Shown in pieces: positions 50,794 to 61,298 of a stretch of 64,000 nucleotides of DNA. Origin of the DNA: Kudoa neothunni (Eukaryota; Animalia; Cnidaria); assembly GCA_964304625.1 (NCBI GenBank), contig OZ199838.1, forward strand, positions 9,751,541 through 9,815,540, given 5' to 3'. Position 1 is the stretch's first letter. Every line of letters begins with the position of its first letter. Both the position numbers and the translations under genes were made by a program. The notes under the pieces were generated by a model that made no database searches, was not told the DNA's origin, and saw only the letters and a list, made by a program, of their open reading frames with translations.

Positions 50794-53700
50794 TTGCATC
50801 CTCTTCAAAATTGTCTTCTATCAACCGTCGTTGAATGAAGGGTTTTAATTTATCAAAATTAGTCACCAAAACTTTACCTTGTCCCTCTAGTCTATAGACA
50901 GAGTCAGACAATTTTTCTTTAACTACGTAGGGGCCTTTGTAATATGGTTCCAATTTACTTTGTCTATTATTAATGACCAACCAAACTTTTTCACCTGGGT
51001 TATAAGGTTTTCCATAGGCTTTTTTATTGTAGGCAGTCTTAGTCCTGCCCAAATTAGCTTTGAGGTTATCCAATGCAATTTGTTTCGCCAGTCTCAGATC
51101 AGTTCCAATGCATTTAACATAGTCATCATGTGAATAATTATGTGCGTTTAGTTGAGATATCGTTTCAAGTGGTGTTCGTACTTCCCTTCCCAGCATCAAA
51201 TAATTTGGAGAATATCCAGTTGAACTATGGGTTGATGATCGGTAAGCCATCATCACTGTAGGTAATAAGGTATCCCACTCGTTGTCCTTATGGACAAGCT
51301 TGCTCACCATATCAATCAACGTTCGATTCAGTCTTTCTACCATCCCATCCGATTTTGGGTTAAATGCACATGTTCTTGTTTTTGATATGCCGAACATTTT
51401 ACACATATTTTGAAAAAGTTTCGATTCAAAATTTGTTCCTTGGTCAGTGTGAATTACCGATGGGAGTCCAAATTTTGAAAATACAGCACCCGTTAACTTC
51501 CTGACCACAGTATGTGCTTCTTGGTCCTTCATAGGAATGGCTTCTCCCCATTTTGTAAAATAATCTTGAACTACACAAATGAATCGATTCCCCTTATATG
51601 TAGTGGGTAACGGTCCAACCATATCAATAGCAATCCGTTCCATCGGATAACTTGACACACTTGTATCCATTTCTGATACAAACTTTCTGGTGGGTCGGTT
51701 CCTCCGAGCGCATATTTCACAGGATTGACACCAATTTTTTATATCCACATTTTGTAATGGCCAATAATAGTTTCTGCGTATATTTTGGGCAACTTTTTCA
51801 TGTCCTAGATGACCACTTGTAACATTATCATGTGCCAACTCCAATATCATTGATTTTAAGCTTTCAGGTATCACAACACGTAATGTAACTTCCTTTGTTT
51901 TAGGGTCAACAAATTCTCTACATAGAATACTATTATCCAAGCGTAAGCATTTCCTCAACAGCCATAATGTTTGTATCCGTTTATCCAACTCTTTAGGAAC
52001 CTTCTTTGGCATTCGATTACTCTCAATCCAGCCGATAATTTTATTCAGAATGGCGTCATTGCGTTGTCTATTGATAATAACATCATTTGATAATCCTTGT
52101 ATAGATAGAGCCAAAGCTTGGGTTATTTCAGGAACTCGAGATAAAGCATCTGCATTTCCATGCATCTTACCTTCTCTGTAAACAACATCGAATTCGTATT
52201 GACTCAAATGCTCCAACCATCTAGCTACCTGACCTTCTGGCTTTTTAAAAGACAATAGCCACTTCAACGCATGGTGGTCAGTTCTCGCTAAGAATTTTTT
52301 TCCATGGAGGTAAAATTTGAAATGATTTATAAAATGAACCAGAGCCAAGAGTTCTTTTCTCGTAACACTATAATTCCTTTCTCGATCTAATAACGATCTA
52401 CTAGCGAAAGCGACCACTCGCTCCTCCCCATCAATTACTTGCGACAAAACTGCTCCAATAGATTGATTACTGGCATCAGTATCCAAAATAAATGATTCAT
52501 TCCAATTCGGATGTGCCAACAATACACATTCCATTAATTTCTTTTTTAGCATATCAAATGATTTTTGACATTCTGGCGACCAATTCCACGGTACGTCGTT
52601 CCGTAACAAACGACACAGAGGATTCGAAATTTGAGAGAATTTATCAATGAATCTTCTATAATAGTTAAGCAAACCAAGGAAACATTGTAATTCAACAATT
52701 TTCGTTGGGGTAGGCCAATTTTTAATTGCTTTCACTTTATTTTTATCTGGTTTGATTCCATCAGCATTGATAACATGTCCCAAAAATGTAACTTCGCTTT
52801 TGTAATAAACTGATTTTTCGTTATTAATTTTCAAGTTATACAACTCTAATAATGTAACAATTTTCCTCACGTCATTTTTGTTAGTTTCCAAATCTTTACT
52901 GAATATAATTATATCATCAAGATACACAAGACAACAGACACCAATACATTCTTTCAAAATCAGGTTAATCATCCTTTGAAAAGTGGCTGGTGCATTGCAC
53001 AGTCCAAACGGCATCTTGACAAATTGATACAAACCATCAACACCATAGAATGCGGTCTTTTGTTTATCTTTAATATCTATAGGTATGTGATGGTATCCAT
53101 CTTTCAAATCTAACACCGTGAATACATTAGCATTACCCAATGTATCCATGACATCATCAATCCTCGGAAGTGGATATGAATCTTTCACTGTCACTGCGTT
53201 TAACCTTCTATAGTCAACACATAATCTCCACTTTCCATTTTTCTTTGGAACCAAAACAGAATTGAAAGCCCAATCCGAATTAGATTCCTCAATAATACCA
53301 CGCTCCAGCATTGAACTAATTATCTCATTCATTTGTTTTCTTTTGTGGTATGGTATTCTTCTTTTAAAATCTTTTATTGGTTTGGTATTGTTTGTATCAA
53401 TTTTATGCACCACAGCTACTTTTCTCGTCATTGACTTGATTCCACAATTACCGATAACGGGAGCTATTATAGGTTTCTCAACGTTATTTGATATACGTTC
53501 ACTGTCAATTATAAGCTCAAAATTCCATACTTTCAAAATATTGAGACCAATGATACAATCATGTATCAAATTTTCGACAACTAATAACTTTTGTCTACAC
53601 TCTTTCCCATTATACTGAAGTGACACGTCTATGGTTCCTTTGATATTTAGTCTATTTCCTGTGGCTGCCACCAGTGGTAACTCATCCTTCGCCCTCAGCA

Positions 53701-54541
53701 GAGGAATACCGCTCTTATTGACAAATGATAAACTAACCAAGGAAACTTGCGCTCCTGTATCAATTAATGCTCTAATATCTTTTCCATTAATATGGCAATG
53801 CAGAAATAAAAAATCCACATATTTAAAACCACTAGATTTATATAGTTTGCAATTGTTTTTTATGTGTCCTTTCTGGCCACATTTGAAGCATCTCAGCGTC
53901 TTCTTCTTTTTTACGAGTGTCTTTTCCAACTCATCCAGGCGGTCGATCAATCTTTGGATAATATTTTGCGAATCCATAGCCAAAACTTCATTCCTTCCGT
54001 TTTCGGCGCGGGTGTTAAATTTGCTCGCAGCGAATTCTAAACGTTCCGCGAATTGGTATACCAAATCGAATGACTCAAAATCCTTCACAAGCAAAGTTCT
54101 TTTCGTTTCGCTGTTACTCAAACCATGTATGAACTGGTTTTTTGCGATCTCTTCCTTTGCATTCTCAGGGATATTGCTGTGAGCCAATCGGGTTTTCCTC
54201 CTGATTTCTTCCGCAAACTCAGTTATTGTTTGCCCTTCTCTCTGCACACAATCCACCAATTCTCTCTGTGCCACGTATCTATCTTTTTTCTCACCAAATC
54301 TTGCTGTTAAATAAGCCTTTATTTCGTGGTAGGATGAATTTATTGTGTATCCAGCCTCCTGAACAATTTGGAATACGTCAGCCGATAATAATACAAGCAA
54401 CTCTAACGTCCACCTCTCAGGTAGAATTCCGTCATGCAGCAATAGTATCTCCAGTTTTGCTATCCAAGCATCAACATTCCGTCCATTAAAAGGTTCCACT
54501 TTAGCCACTGCGCCAATGTTAGCTGCATGCATAGAGGCCAT
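50780..54541 (-). CDS. Gag-Pol polyprotein, 1253 aa (Gag-CCHC, protease, RT, RNase H, integrase)
   Basis: CFKCGQKGHIKNNC, LIDTGA, YLDD, LDTDAS, HHCC zinc finger, integrase D..D-35-E, GPY. Gypsy domain order; no stops or frameshifts. Confidence 0.97.
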   Translation of the reverse strand: MASMHAANIGAVAKVEPFNGRNVDAWIAKLEILLLHDGILPERWTLELLVLLSADVFQIVQEAGYTINSSYHEIKAYLTARFGEKKDRYVAQRELVDCVQREGQTITEFAEEIRRKTRLAHSNIPENAKEEIAKNQFIHGLSNSETKRTLLVKDFESFDLVYQFAERLEFAASKFNTRAENGRNEVLAMDSQNIIQRLIDRLDELEKTLVKKKKTLRCFKCGQKGHIKNNCKLYKSSGFKYVDFLFLHCHINGKDIRALIDTGAQVSLVSLSFVNKSGIPLLRAKDELPLVAATGNRLNIKGTIDVSLQYNGKECRQKLLVVENLIHDCIIGLNILKVWNFELIIDSERISNNVEKPIIAPVIGNCGIKSMTRKVAVVHKIDTNNTKPIKDFKRRIPYHKRKQMNEIISSMLERGIIEESNSDWAFNSVLVPKKNGKWRLCVDYRRLNAVTVKDSYPLPRIDDVMDTLGNANVFTVLDLKDGYHHIPIDIKDKQKTAFYGVDGLYQFVKMPFGLCNAPATFQRMINLILKECIGVCCLVYLDDIIIFSKDLETNKNDVRKIVTLLELYNLKINNEKSVYYKSEVTFLGHVINADGIKPDKNKVKAIKNWPTPTKIVELQCFLGLLNYYRRFIDKFSQISNPLCRLLRNDVPWNWSPECQKSFDMLKKKLMECVLLAHPNWNESFILDTDASNQSIGAVLSQVIDGEERVVAFASRSLLDRERNYSVTRKELLALVHFINHFKFYLHGKKFLARTDHHALKWLLSFKKPEGQVARWLEHLSQYEFDVVYREGKMHGNADALSRVPEITQALALSIQGLSNDVIINRQRNDAILNKIIGWIESNRMPKKVPKELDKRIQTLWLLRKCLRLDNSILCREFVDPKTKEVTLRVVIPESLKSMILELAHDNVTSGHLGHEKVAQNIRRNYYWPLQNVDIKNWCQSCEICARRNRPTRKFVSEMDTSVSSYPMERIAIDMVGPLPTTYKGNRFICVVQDYFTKWGEAIPMKDQEAHTVVRKLTGAVFSKFGLPSVIHTDQGTNFESKLFQNMCKMFGISKTRTCAFNPKSDGMVERLNRTLIDMVSKLVHKDNEWDTLLPTVMMAYRSSTHSSTGYSPNYLMLGREVRTPLETISQLNAHNYSHDDYVKCIGTDLRLAKQIALDNLKANLGRTKTAYNKKAYGKPYNPGEKVWLVINNRQSKLEPYYKGPYVVKEKLSDSVYRLEGQGKVLVTNFDKLKPFIQRRLIEDNFEEDAMLPR

Positions 54542-54616
54542 ATTATAAAAAGCTACGATATATATATCGAACTAGGAATACTAAACGGTTGATTACTAAT
54601 AATCACCTTGGTAACA
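54517..54616 (-). repeat. 5' LTR (100 bp)
   Basis: Identical to 50694-50793; contains the TATATATA palindrome and the ORF start codon. Confidence 0.97.
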
Positions 54617-55156
54617 CCTAGATTTCTCCATTAAAAGGGCTACAAAAATTAATGAAACGTGATGATTTTATCTTTTCAATAGCGTTGATAACCCATTCGG
54701 ACTCCTAAAGATAGCATAAATCATTGAAATATTACTTTAAACGTATAAATCAGTCTGTTTAAGAACTTCCCAACCAAAATTATAGCAAAAAATACTATTT
54801 TTTTAAGTTAAAGTTATTGATTGTTAAACAACATCAAAATATTAACCTAGTATTACGGATATTTATTAAAAAATTGTATTTTTCATATATGGATAAAACT
54901 ATACGTAACTTACAAGATAATTTAACAAATTTTACAACGAACGACTTGTGATATAATTATAGACTCTACTATTGAATATCATATTTTGAAAAAACGACTT
55001 CCTATTTTATGTTAACTATTTCAAAATCAGCTCCTATTTGAATTACATCAGACGCATAGGCATCATATTAACTTAAAATATATCTTTAAAAGAAAGAACG
55101 ATTGTTAACATAATACGATACTTCAAACTAGTAAGCTCCTAGTCTATCATTTTAGT

Positions 55157-58100
55157 TTAAATGTGTCTTTCCTTTATTCTTAGGACATTGAGAACTTCAT
55201 TGAACTTTGTTGGGTCCAAACCAGTAGAGTTATTTTCATAAAGTTCCGTGAACTTAAAAACAATTATAAAACAGATGTGTATAGATGTATACCTCTTGAA
55301 TAATGTTTTCGTTCTTTGAAGAAGTTGATACTTCATACAAAATAAAAGCTAAGATCCGTGAATACCCATTGAACCTATGTGTGTAAAAAGAATAAGCTAT
55401 AACAATAATAAAGGTTGTTCAATACTTTTGTACTATAGCATTCCAATTGTCTCTCACGAATCCCCACACTAAGAGACTTCCTATCGACGTGGAGGAAGCT
55501 TTGGTGATAAATGATTTCAGCCATATTTTTGTAACAAAATTCGAATATATGCTCTCATTAAGATACCTAAAACCTATATAGCGCAAGTGAAGGTTTCACA
55601 CAGACTTCAATAATTTTTGTTCATTCTGAGTCTGCGACAGTGCAAAATCTATTACTCTTATCAGTCGGTGGCTTTTACTTTCTGACTTAATTCTCTCCAA
55701 GTGTTCGATCTGAGTAGCATTTCCATGCTTGACAACCGCTAAAAACATGTTTTTAAGTTCCTTAACATCATTTCTAGACATCCTAGATATAAGCTGAGTT
55801 TATTAGGATAATTATTGCTGAGCTACATTTGTGGCGTGGTTCGATTTGTCTCCCATTTGTCGAAAGAATTAAGCAAAGACTTGACAACTTGAGAGCAATT
55901 ATACTTCACACATTTCTCAATTATTTGGTTATATAGGCTACTTTATGGAAGGATCATAAATAAAAAAGCCATTAAAAAATACTTCCAAAGAAATGAATTA
56001 ATCGTATGAACTCCTCTAGAACCTTCAATTATTTTATATTTATTTACATAAAACTTGTTATATATTATCTAAAAGTCGAAAAGTAATAAAATTGCGAAAA
56101 ATTATCATTAACTTTGTGTAGGGCTTGATTTGCAAACGCTTCGTGTATTCGCGAAAACTCCTCCATATACTCTATTATAATATCCAGAAGGAAAACATCG
56201 CCCTCATCTTTTAAGTATTCTATCAATTTCCAACCGTGCAATGAAGTAATATCATAATTTCTAGTGAATACGAATTAACAGACAAAGTAAAAACATGGAG
56301 GGTCACCTTATCAAACGGAGAGAATCAGATACAAGAGCATATTTTTCCGAAAAAGTCAATACCTAGGTACTCAAAATTAAATAATACTCTTTGGATCTGG
56401 CTTACATTATTATTATCATTATTAGATAATGCGAACACAAGATTATTCCACAATGTCCAATCATAATTAGACACATAATATCCAATTCGATTGCGATTGA
56501 TCATTATCCATGATACTTTTCCATTCATTGTAAAATTCTCTTAGAATTAATAATAAATTAGAGATAAGTTTATAAAATAAGAATACGCGTTTGTTGAGTA
56601 AGCCACAGGGTTCCTGTACTGATGGTGTCATTGCCATGGTATTTAACATTGAAAAAAACTGGAACAACCCACTGGAGCTTGTCTTGATCGTCGCTTTATT
56701 ATACACATGTTAAGAATGGAACCCAAAAAATGTTAATACTTCAAATCCCTGTCATTTATTTTCAAAAACTTCTTATACGAGATTTGAATGATATTTTTTT
56801 GAGGTGTATCCAACAATGACACGGATAAAACGACGAATCCGGGATTTAATGTCCATGTTTGAATCATACTGTTTATGTTCTCACTTTTAAATGTCTATTA
56901 TCCAAATATTTATCCGGTTAATAATTCAAAGAAATACTTTGTTTAATAGTTTTATTAAATCCATTGTATTTACGGACTTGTACTTGTATCTCTTTAAATA
57001 TTTTCTGATGAATATAGTAAAGTTCTGTTCACCAACAACCTCAAATAACATTCTATACACTGCACTACCCTAAAAATAGTTATATTAATTTCAATTTGTT
57101 ACGAATTCATAATTTTGTACTTTGTAATATGATTGTGCGGTAAAGCATGCTAAAGGTTTATCTGTATGATAATTATATGGGAGAATTAAGGGGTTAGCAC
57201 TTTTTGTTTGATCCATATTCATAATTTTATCGTATTTAAACTTTTTAATTTCTCTAAGTGGATTTGGAAAATTGAAATATTTTATGGAAATAATAATGTC
57301 TAAAAACCTAACCAAACCTTCACTTAGCCAAATATGGTTCCAAGTTTTGGGAGTGACAAGGTTACCAAGCCACTACAACAATATAGAATTAATTTGGCAG
57401 TTTTCCAACTTTAAATAATAAAAAATTGAGTTTATGATACAAATTATTTTTTCATTTAATGCGATTTTGTTGAATTAATGTTTTTACCTGGTGTATAACT
57501 TCGTGAATTATTAGTTTGCTATAGTCAATAACTGCAATCTTATTTTTCATGGAAAAATATTTCTTGTTAAAAGTTATTAAGCCCCAATTTTCCATTCCAC
57601 CCCATTGGAAATCGTTGACTACAATCATATCCAACTTTTTCAGTATGTAAGAGCTATTTGTCAGCGATTCCATTATATTTAAAGCTTTATCTGCAATAGG
57701 CAATGCGTATTTGGTATAATTTATTTCTGTAATAGGGGCTATAAGCGTGACCTAGAAAACAACATTAATTATAGATAAAGATTTAATAATGATACGTTGA
57801 CATAGTTGGTGGTATTTGTAGTCAGCGATATGGAAGAGTAGTTATTAATTGAGAATCCCAACAGATAAGTGCTCATTTTAGGTGTGGATTCAAATACAAC
57901 CAACACTCTATCAGCTGATTTACTTTTCTATATTAAATCAATCAACTATAATGGTTATAACAAGTACAGTTCTGGCTATCGGCGTATTTGAAAAGGATTT
58001 GAACGAAGATCCATGTACGAGGCGCAGCACAAATCTTGCCTTCATACTAGGTTCGTCGAAGCAGGGAAATACTTCTCTGGCGAGGTTTGGTTGGAAATTT

Positions 58101-58843
58101 GTCATGAAAGCTGGAGATCTATTATACATAAGGAAGTCATCTCTGCGCATCATTATGATTCCTTCGGTATATTTGTTAATATTTCCTTTAAAAGAAATCT
58201 CCAGTGTGTAATGGTTATCAAATATTAATTTTTTATCAAAACTAACGACATGGTGATCACGCTTTTTCCCCAGAAAACAAATATGATCAACTTTCACAAG
58301 TCCCGAATCATCATAAGTTGCAGCTGGTAATGCTTGATTTCTTCCGGCAATAGATAACCCTATCAACTGACTATGCTTGGAGTGGAAAACAATTTTTTGG
58401 ACTCCATCTTTATTCACCACTCTAAGGAAGATCTTCACATGACCACAATATTGCTGAAGATCATCGTTGAATTCAAACTTGAGACTGTATTTTTTAAGAA
58501 TGATGCCTGAGTTGGCTTCCAAAAAATCATTCGTTCTATTCCACCATTCCTCATCCAACTGTCCACATAACGGCAGCACGTCAATATTTTGTTGTAATCG
58601 TTTCATACGACATGTCATTTCATTATTTTGGGTATGGCGTTCAAGAAATGGAACTTCATTCATGTTGTTAACGTGCGACGTTTGAACAATCGGTAACAGG
58701 AATATAACAACCAACATCATTACTATACTTTCTGTACTAAACTGACCAGTCTTACGACAATTTAAATGCCCGACGTTGTCGACACTGTACATTAAAATAG
58801 AAATAATTAAAGTTTGTGATAAAATACTACGCTGATCAAACAT
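55157..58843 (-). CDS. M1 aminopeptidase paralog D, catalytic motifs intact (start at 58843 or 58720)
   Basis: FQPNLAREVFPCFDEP, GGMENWGL, HEVIHQ|WLGNLVTPKTWNHIWLSE (HEXXH-x18-E), SYYK|GSA. ERAP1-C-like exons; ends LRIKERHI*. Confidence 0.9.
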
Positions 58844-59769
58844 TATCTCTCCGAATGATCATATTATAAGAAACACTTTTCTGCAGAATAGGAATTAGAT
58901 TAAACATTTTTTACTCAATAGTTCAGAAAATATTATACATTGGAAGTTAAATTATTTCTTTTCATGTAGAATTAATTAACTTTTGTACGAACCTCTATCA
59001 TCAACGGAAAACGTTGTAAACGTTTGATTTCTCACAGGATGACATTTTTATTGTCTTTATTTATACACGATACTACAAATGATAACGGTAGTCAAACGTT
59101 GTATCTTAATATCTTTTGTTGCCTTAAAAATAATAGCTAAAACACGATGTTTATAGATTATGGTAAATCAAATAATCTTAAATTTAAATCAAACGAGCCT
59201 ATTATATTTAAAAGAATATATGAAAAACGCACTTAAATATTGAACGAACATTTTGGTTTTATAATAATTCCTTCGGCATGTTTGAAATAATACAGAATTA
59301 ACATGCTAATCTCACTATCAACAGCTATTAGATGTAAATTGATGTAAGAAGTGTTTTAAAGCGAACCTAATGATGCTATATTTTATTACGGAGAAAAAAA
59401 AACTTAATATCAATACATTCAGTATTGTTTTTCGTACAATGCCTTAGTTATGACTTTAGAATTTTGGTAATGGGGGAGTGTGTGGTACCTAAAAATCACT
59501 ATCTTGCGCATGTTCCTTCTTTCTAATTTTTCCACGATTGTTTATAATAAAATAATACCGAGAGCAAAGATTCAGCTCAAAATAACAACTAAATTCTAAC
59601 AATTCTCAACCTGAACACCGTCGGATGCACGTGCAATCTCCATCGTGTGACAATAAACATTTGACTTTCTCTTATTTTCAAATTAACCATTACTTTCATG
59701 ATTTATTATTGAACATAATAATTTAATTTCTTTATTTGAACGACGTATAAACTTTTTTAATAAAATAAT

Positions 59770-61080
59770 GGGTTTGCTTAACACATGTTAAGGAAATGGA
59801 TTCGTTAAGTTTTCTATGAGATAACGCTTTTTTCCATTAATTAATGATCCCATAAAATTATTTGATGCACTTCTACATAGAGGGTACCTTCGTTCACATC
59901 CTCATAGGAGCTCTAAATGTTATAATTTTAAATGTTTTTCGTTAACAAAACGAAAATCAAATGTTAGAAGACCTATGTCAAAAATGACATCGTACGAACG
60001 GAATGATTATGATTATATGTTTTTCTATTTCAGGTTGTCATGGTCCATCTTATAACCTGACGCTCAAAAAAATTTGTAAAATTATTTATTACTGGTCCAT
60101 GGATAATCTCTATTTTATCCGCCTCCGAAATGATTCATTCTGACAAGAAAACGGTGGCTATGTGGTTTACGAAGCTTCGAGATATTCGCGCCAGAACATT
60201 AATCAACGATCCAAATTTGGCGGAGAAGGTTTCGTAGTAGAAATAGACGAAACCCTTCTCCACGGAAAACGAAAAAATAATCGTGACCTTTATTTAAAGG
60301 GAGATATTTGGAAGACGTCTCCGAACAAAGAATTTGTTGATCTAAGTGATTATCTCTATTATTGAATACATTATATTTCTTTATCATGGCTTGTTATACT
60401 TTTGATCTTATAGCAGTCGATGATATGAGCGGAAGCCAATATGAGCATCAGAGAACGAAGTGTCGGATAATTCCTCAAGTAATATACGATTATCTTGTCC
60501 AATTTATTTAAGTATATAAATTCGGCAAGAAGAGAAAGATTCGTTAACGTATTGACGGTCGTGGATATTTGGTTTGGCACTTTGTCAAGTCAACGACAAT
60601 AACAAAAGGTGACTAAAGTAGGTTTGATACTTCTACGTCGAAAAAAGAAATTCCGAAACCTTAACCGAAATTATCAAGAATGAAGTCATTTCTGGGTCGA
60701 CCATTTTTAGTGATGGGGTGGTCTGCCTACAATAGTTTATCGTCACTTGATTATAATCATATAAAAATTAATCATTCTACAGAATATGTTTGTGATGGGT
60801 TTCACATTAATACTGTCACGTAGTTGCTAACATTCAGTATTTAATATTTATCGTCCCCGTTCGGCAACACGTGTGTTCAGTTCAATTCATTGTTGTCTTC
60901 TCTGGCGCAGTTTAAATTCATAACAAATACCATCGAGGCCTGCTAGGGAAGACTGAAAACAAAATTCCTACGAATAAAAAGAGGGGTTTCTCTGAAAACT
61001 TTGAAGAATATTTATCTGAGGAATGGTTCAGATCAATTTATGGGAAAAAATTTGAACTTTTAAATAACGTTTTTAGTATG
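59770..61080 (+). mobile_element. Decayed Merlin (IS1595/ISXO2-like DDE) transposon
   Basis: KFGGEGFVVEIDETLLHGKRKNNR, then remnants WIFGL, ETLTEII...GSTIFSDGW and INHS..YV..G.HINT, broken by stops and frameshifts. TIRs not identified. Confidence 0.8.
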
Positions 61081-61246
61081 ATTAAATATACTACTGAATA
61101 AATTAATGCATGTCTATCTATGAACATGCAAAAATTATTAAATAAACGATATTGTAGCTTTTTTGAAAATAAACGTCGAAAACAGCATTCCCTAATTATA
61201 AGGTATATAGATTTAAAATCCGATCCTAATACGATTACAAAAATAA

Positions 61247-61298
61247 CTAGCGCAAAAGGCTCCGCTTCGCGAAGGCTTCCCTGCGCAGACTAAAGCCT
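61247..61298 (-). repeat. Second copy of the Helitron-end-like repeat
   Basis: actagcgcaaaaggctccgcttcgcgaaggcttccctgcgc...ctaaagcc, similar to 7094-7152. Confidence 0.4.

Larger units (their letters stand above)
50694..54616 (-). mobile_element. Intact Ty3/Gypsy LTR retrotransposon, 3,923 bp
   Basis: Identical 100-bp TG...CA LTRs. 5-bp TSD CCTAG (50689-50693, 54617-54621). PBS TGGCGCAGTGG next to the 5' LTR; short purine tract GAAGAGGA before the 3' LTR. Confidence 0.97.

Noticed and set aside
53262-54489. Plus-strand ORFs of 61-183 aa overlapping the Gypsy element
   Set aside because: Antisense shadows of the Gag-Pol frame with no recognisable motifs.
40950-61080. Bacterial IS630 or IS1595 elements implying contamination or recent horizontal transfer
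   Set aside because: Eukaryotic Tc1-like and Merlin families explain them; both are decayed and embedded among intron-containing genes of the same composition.
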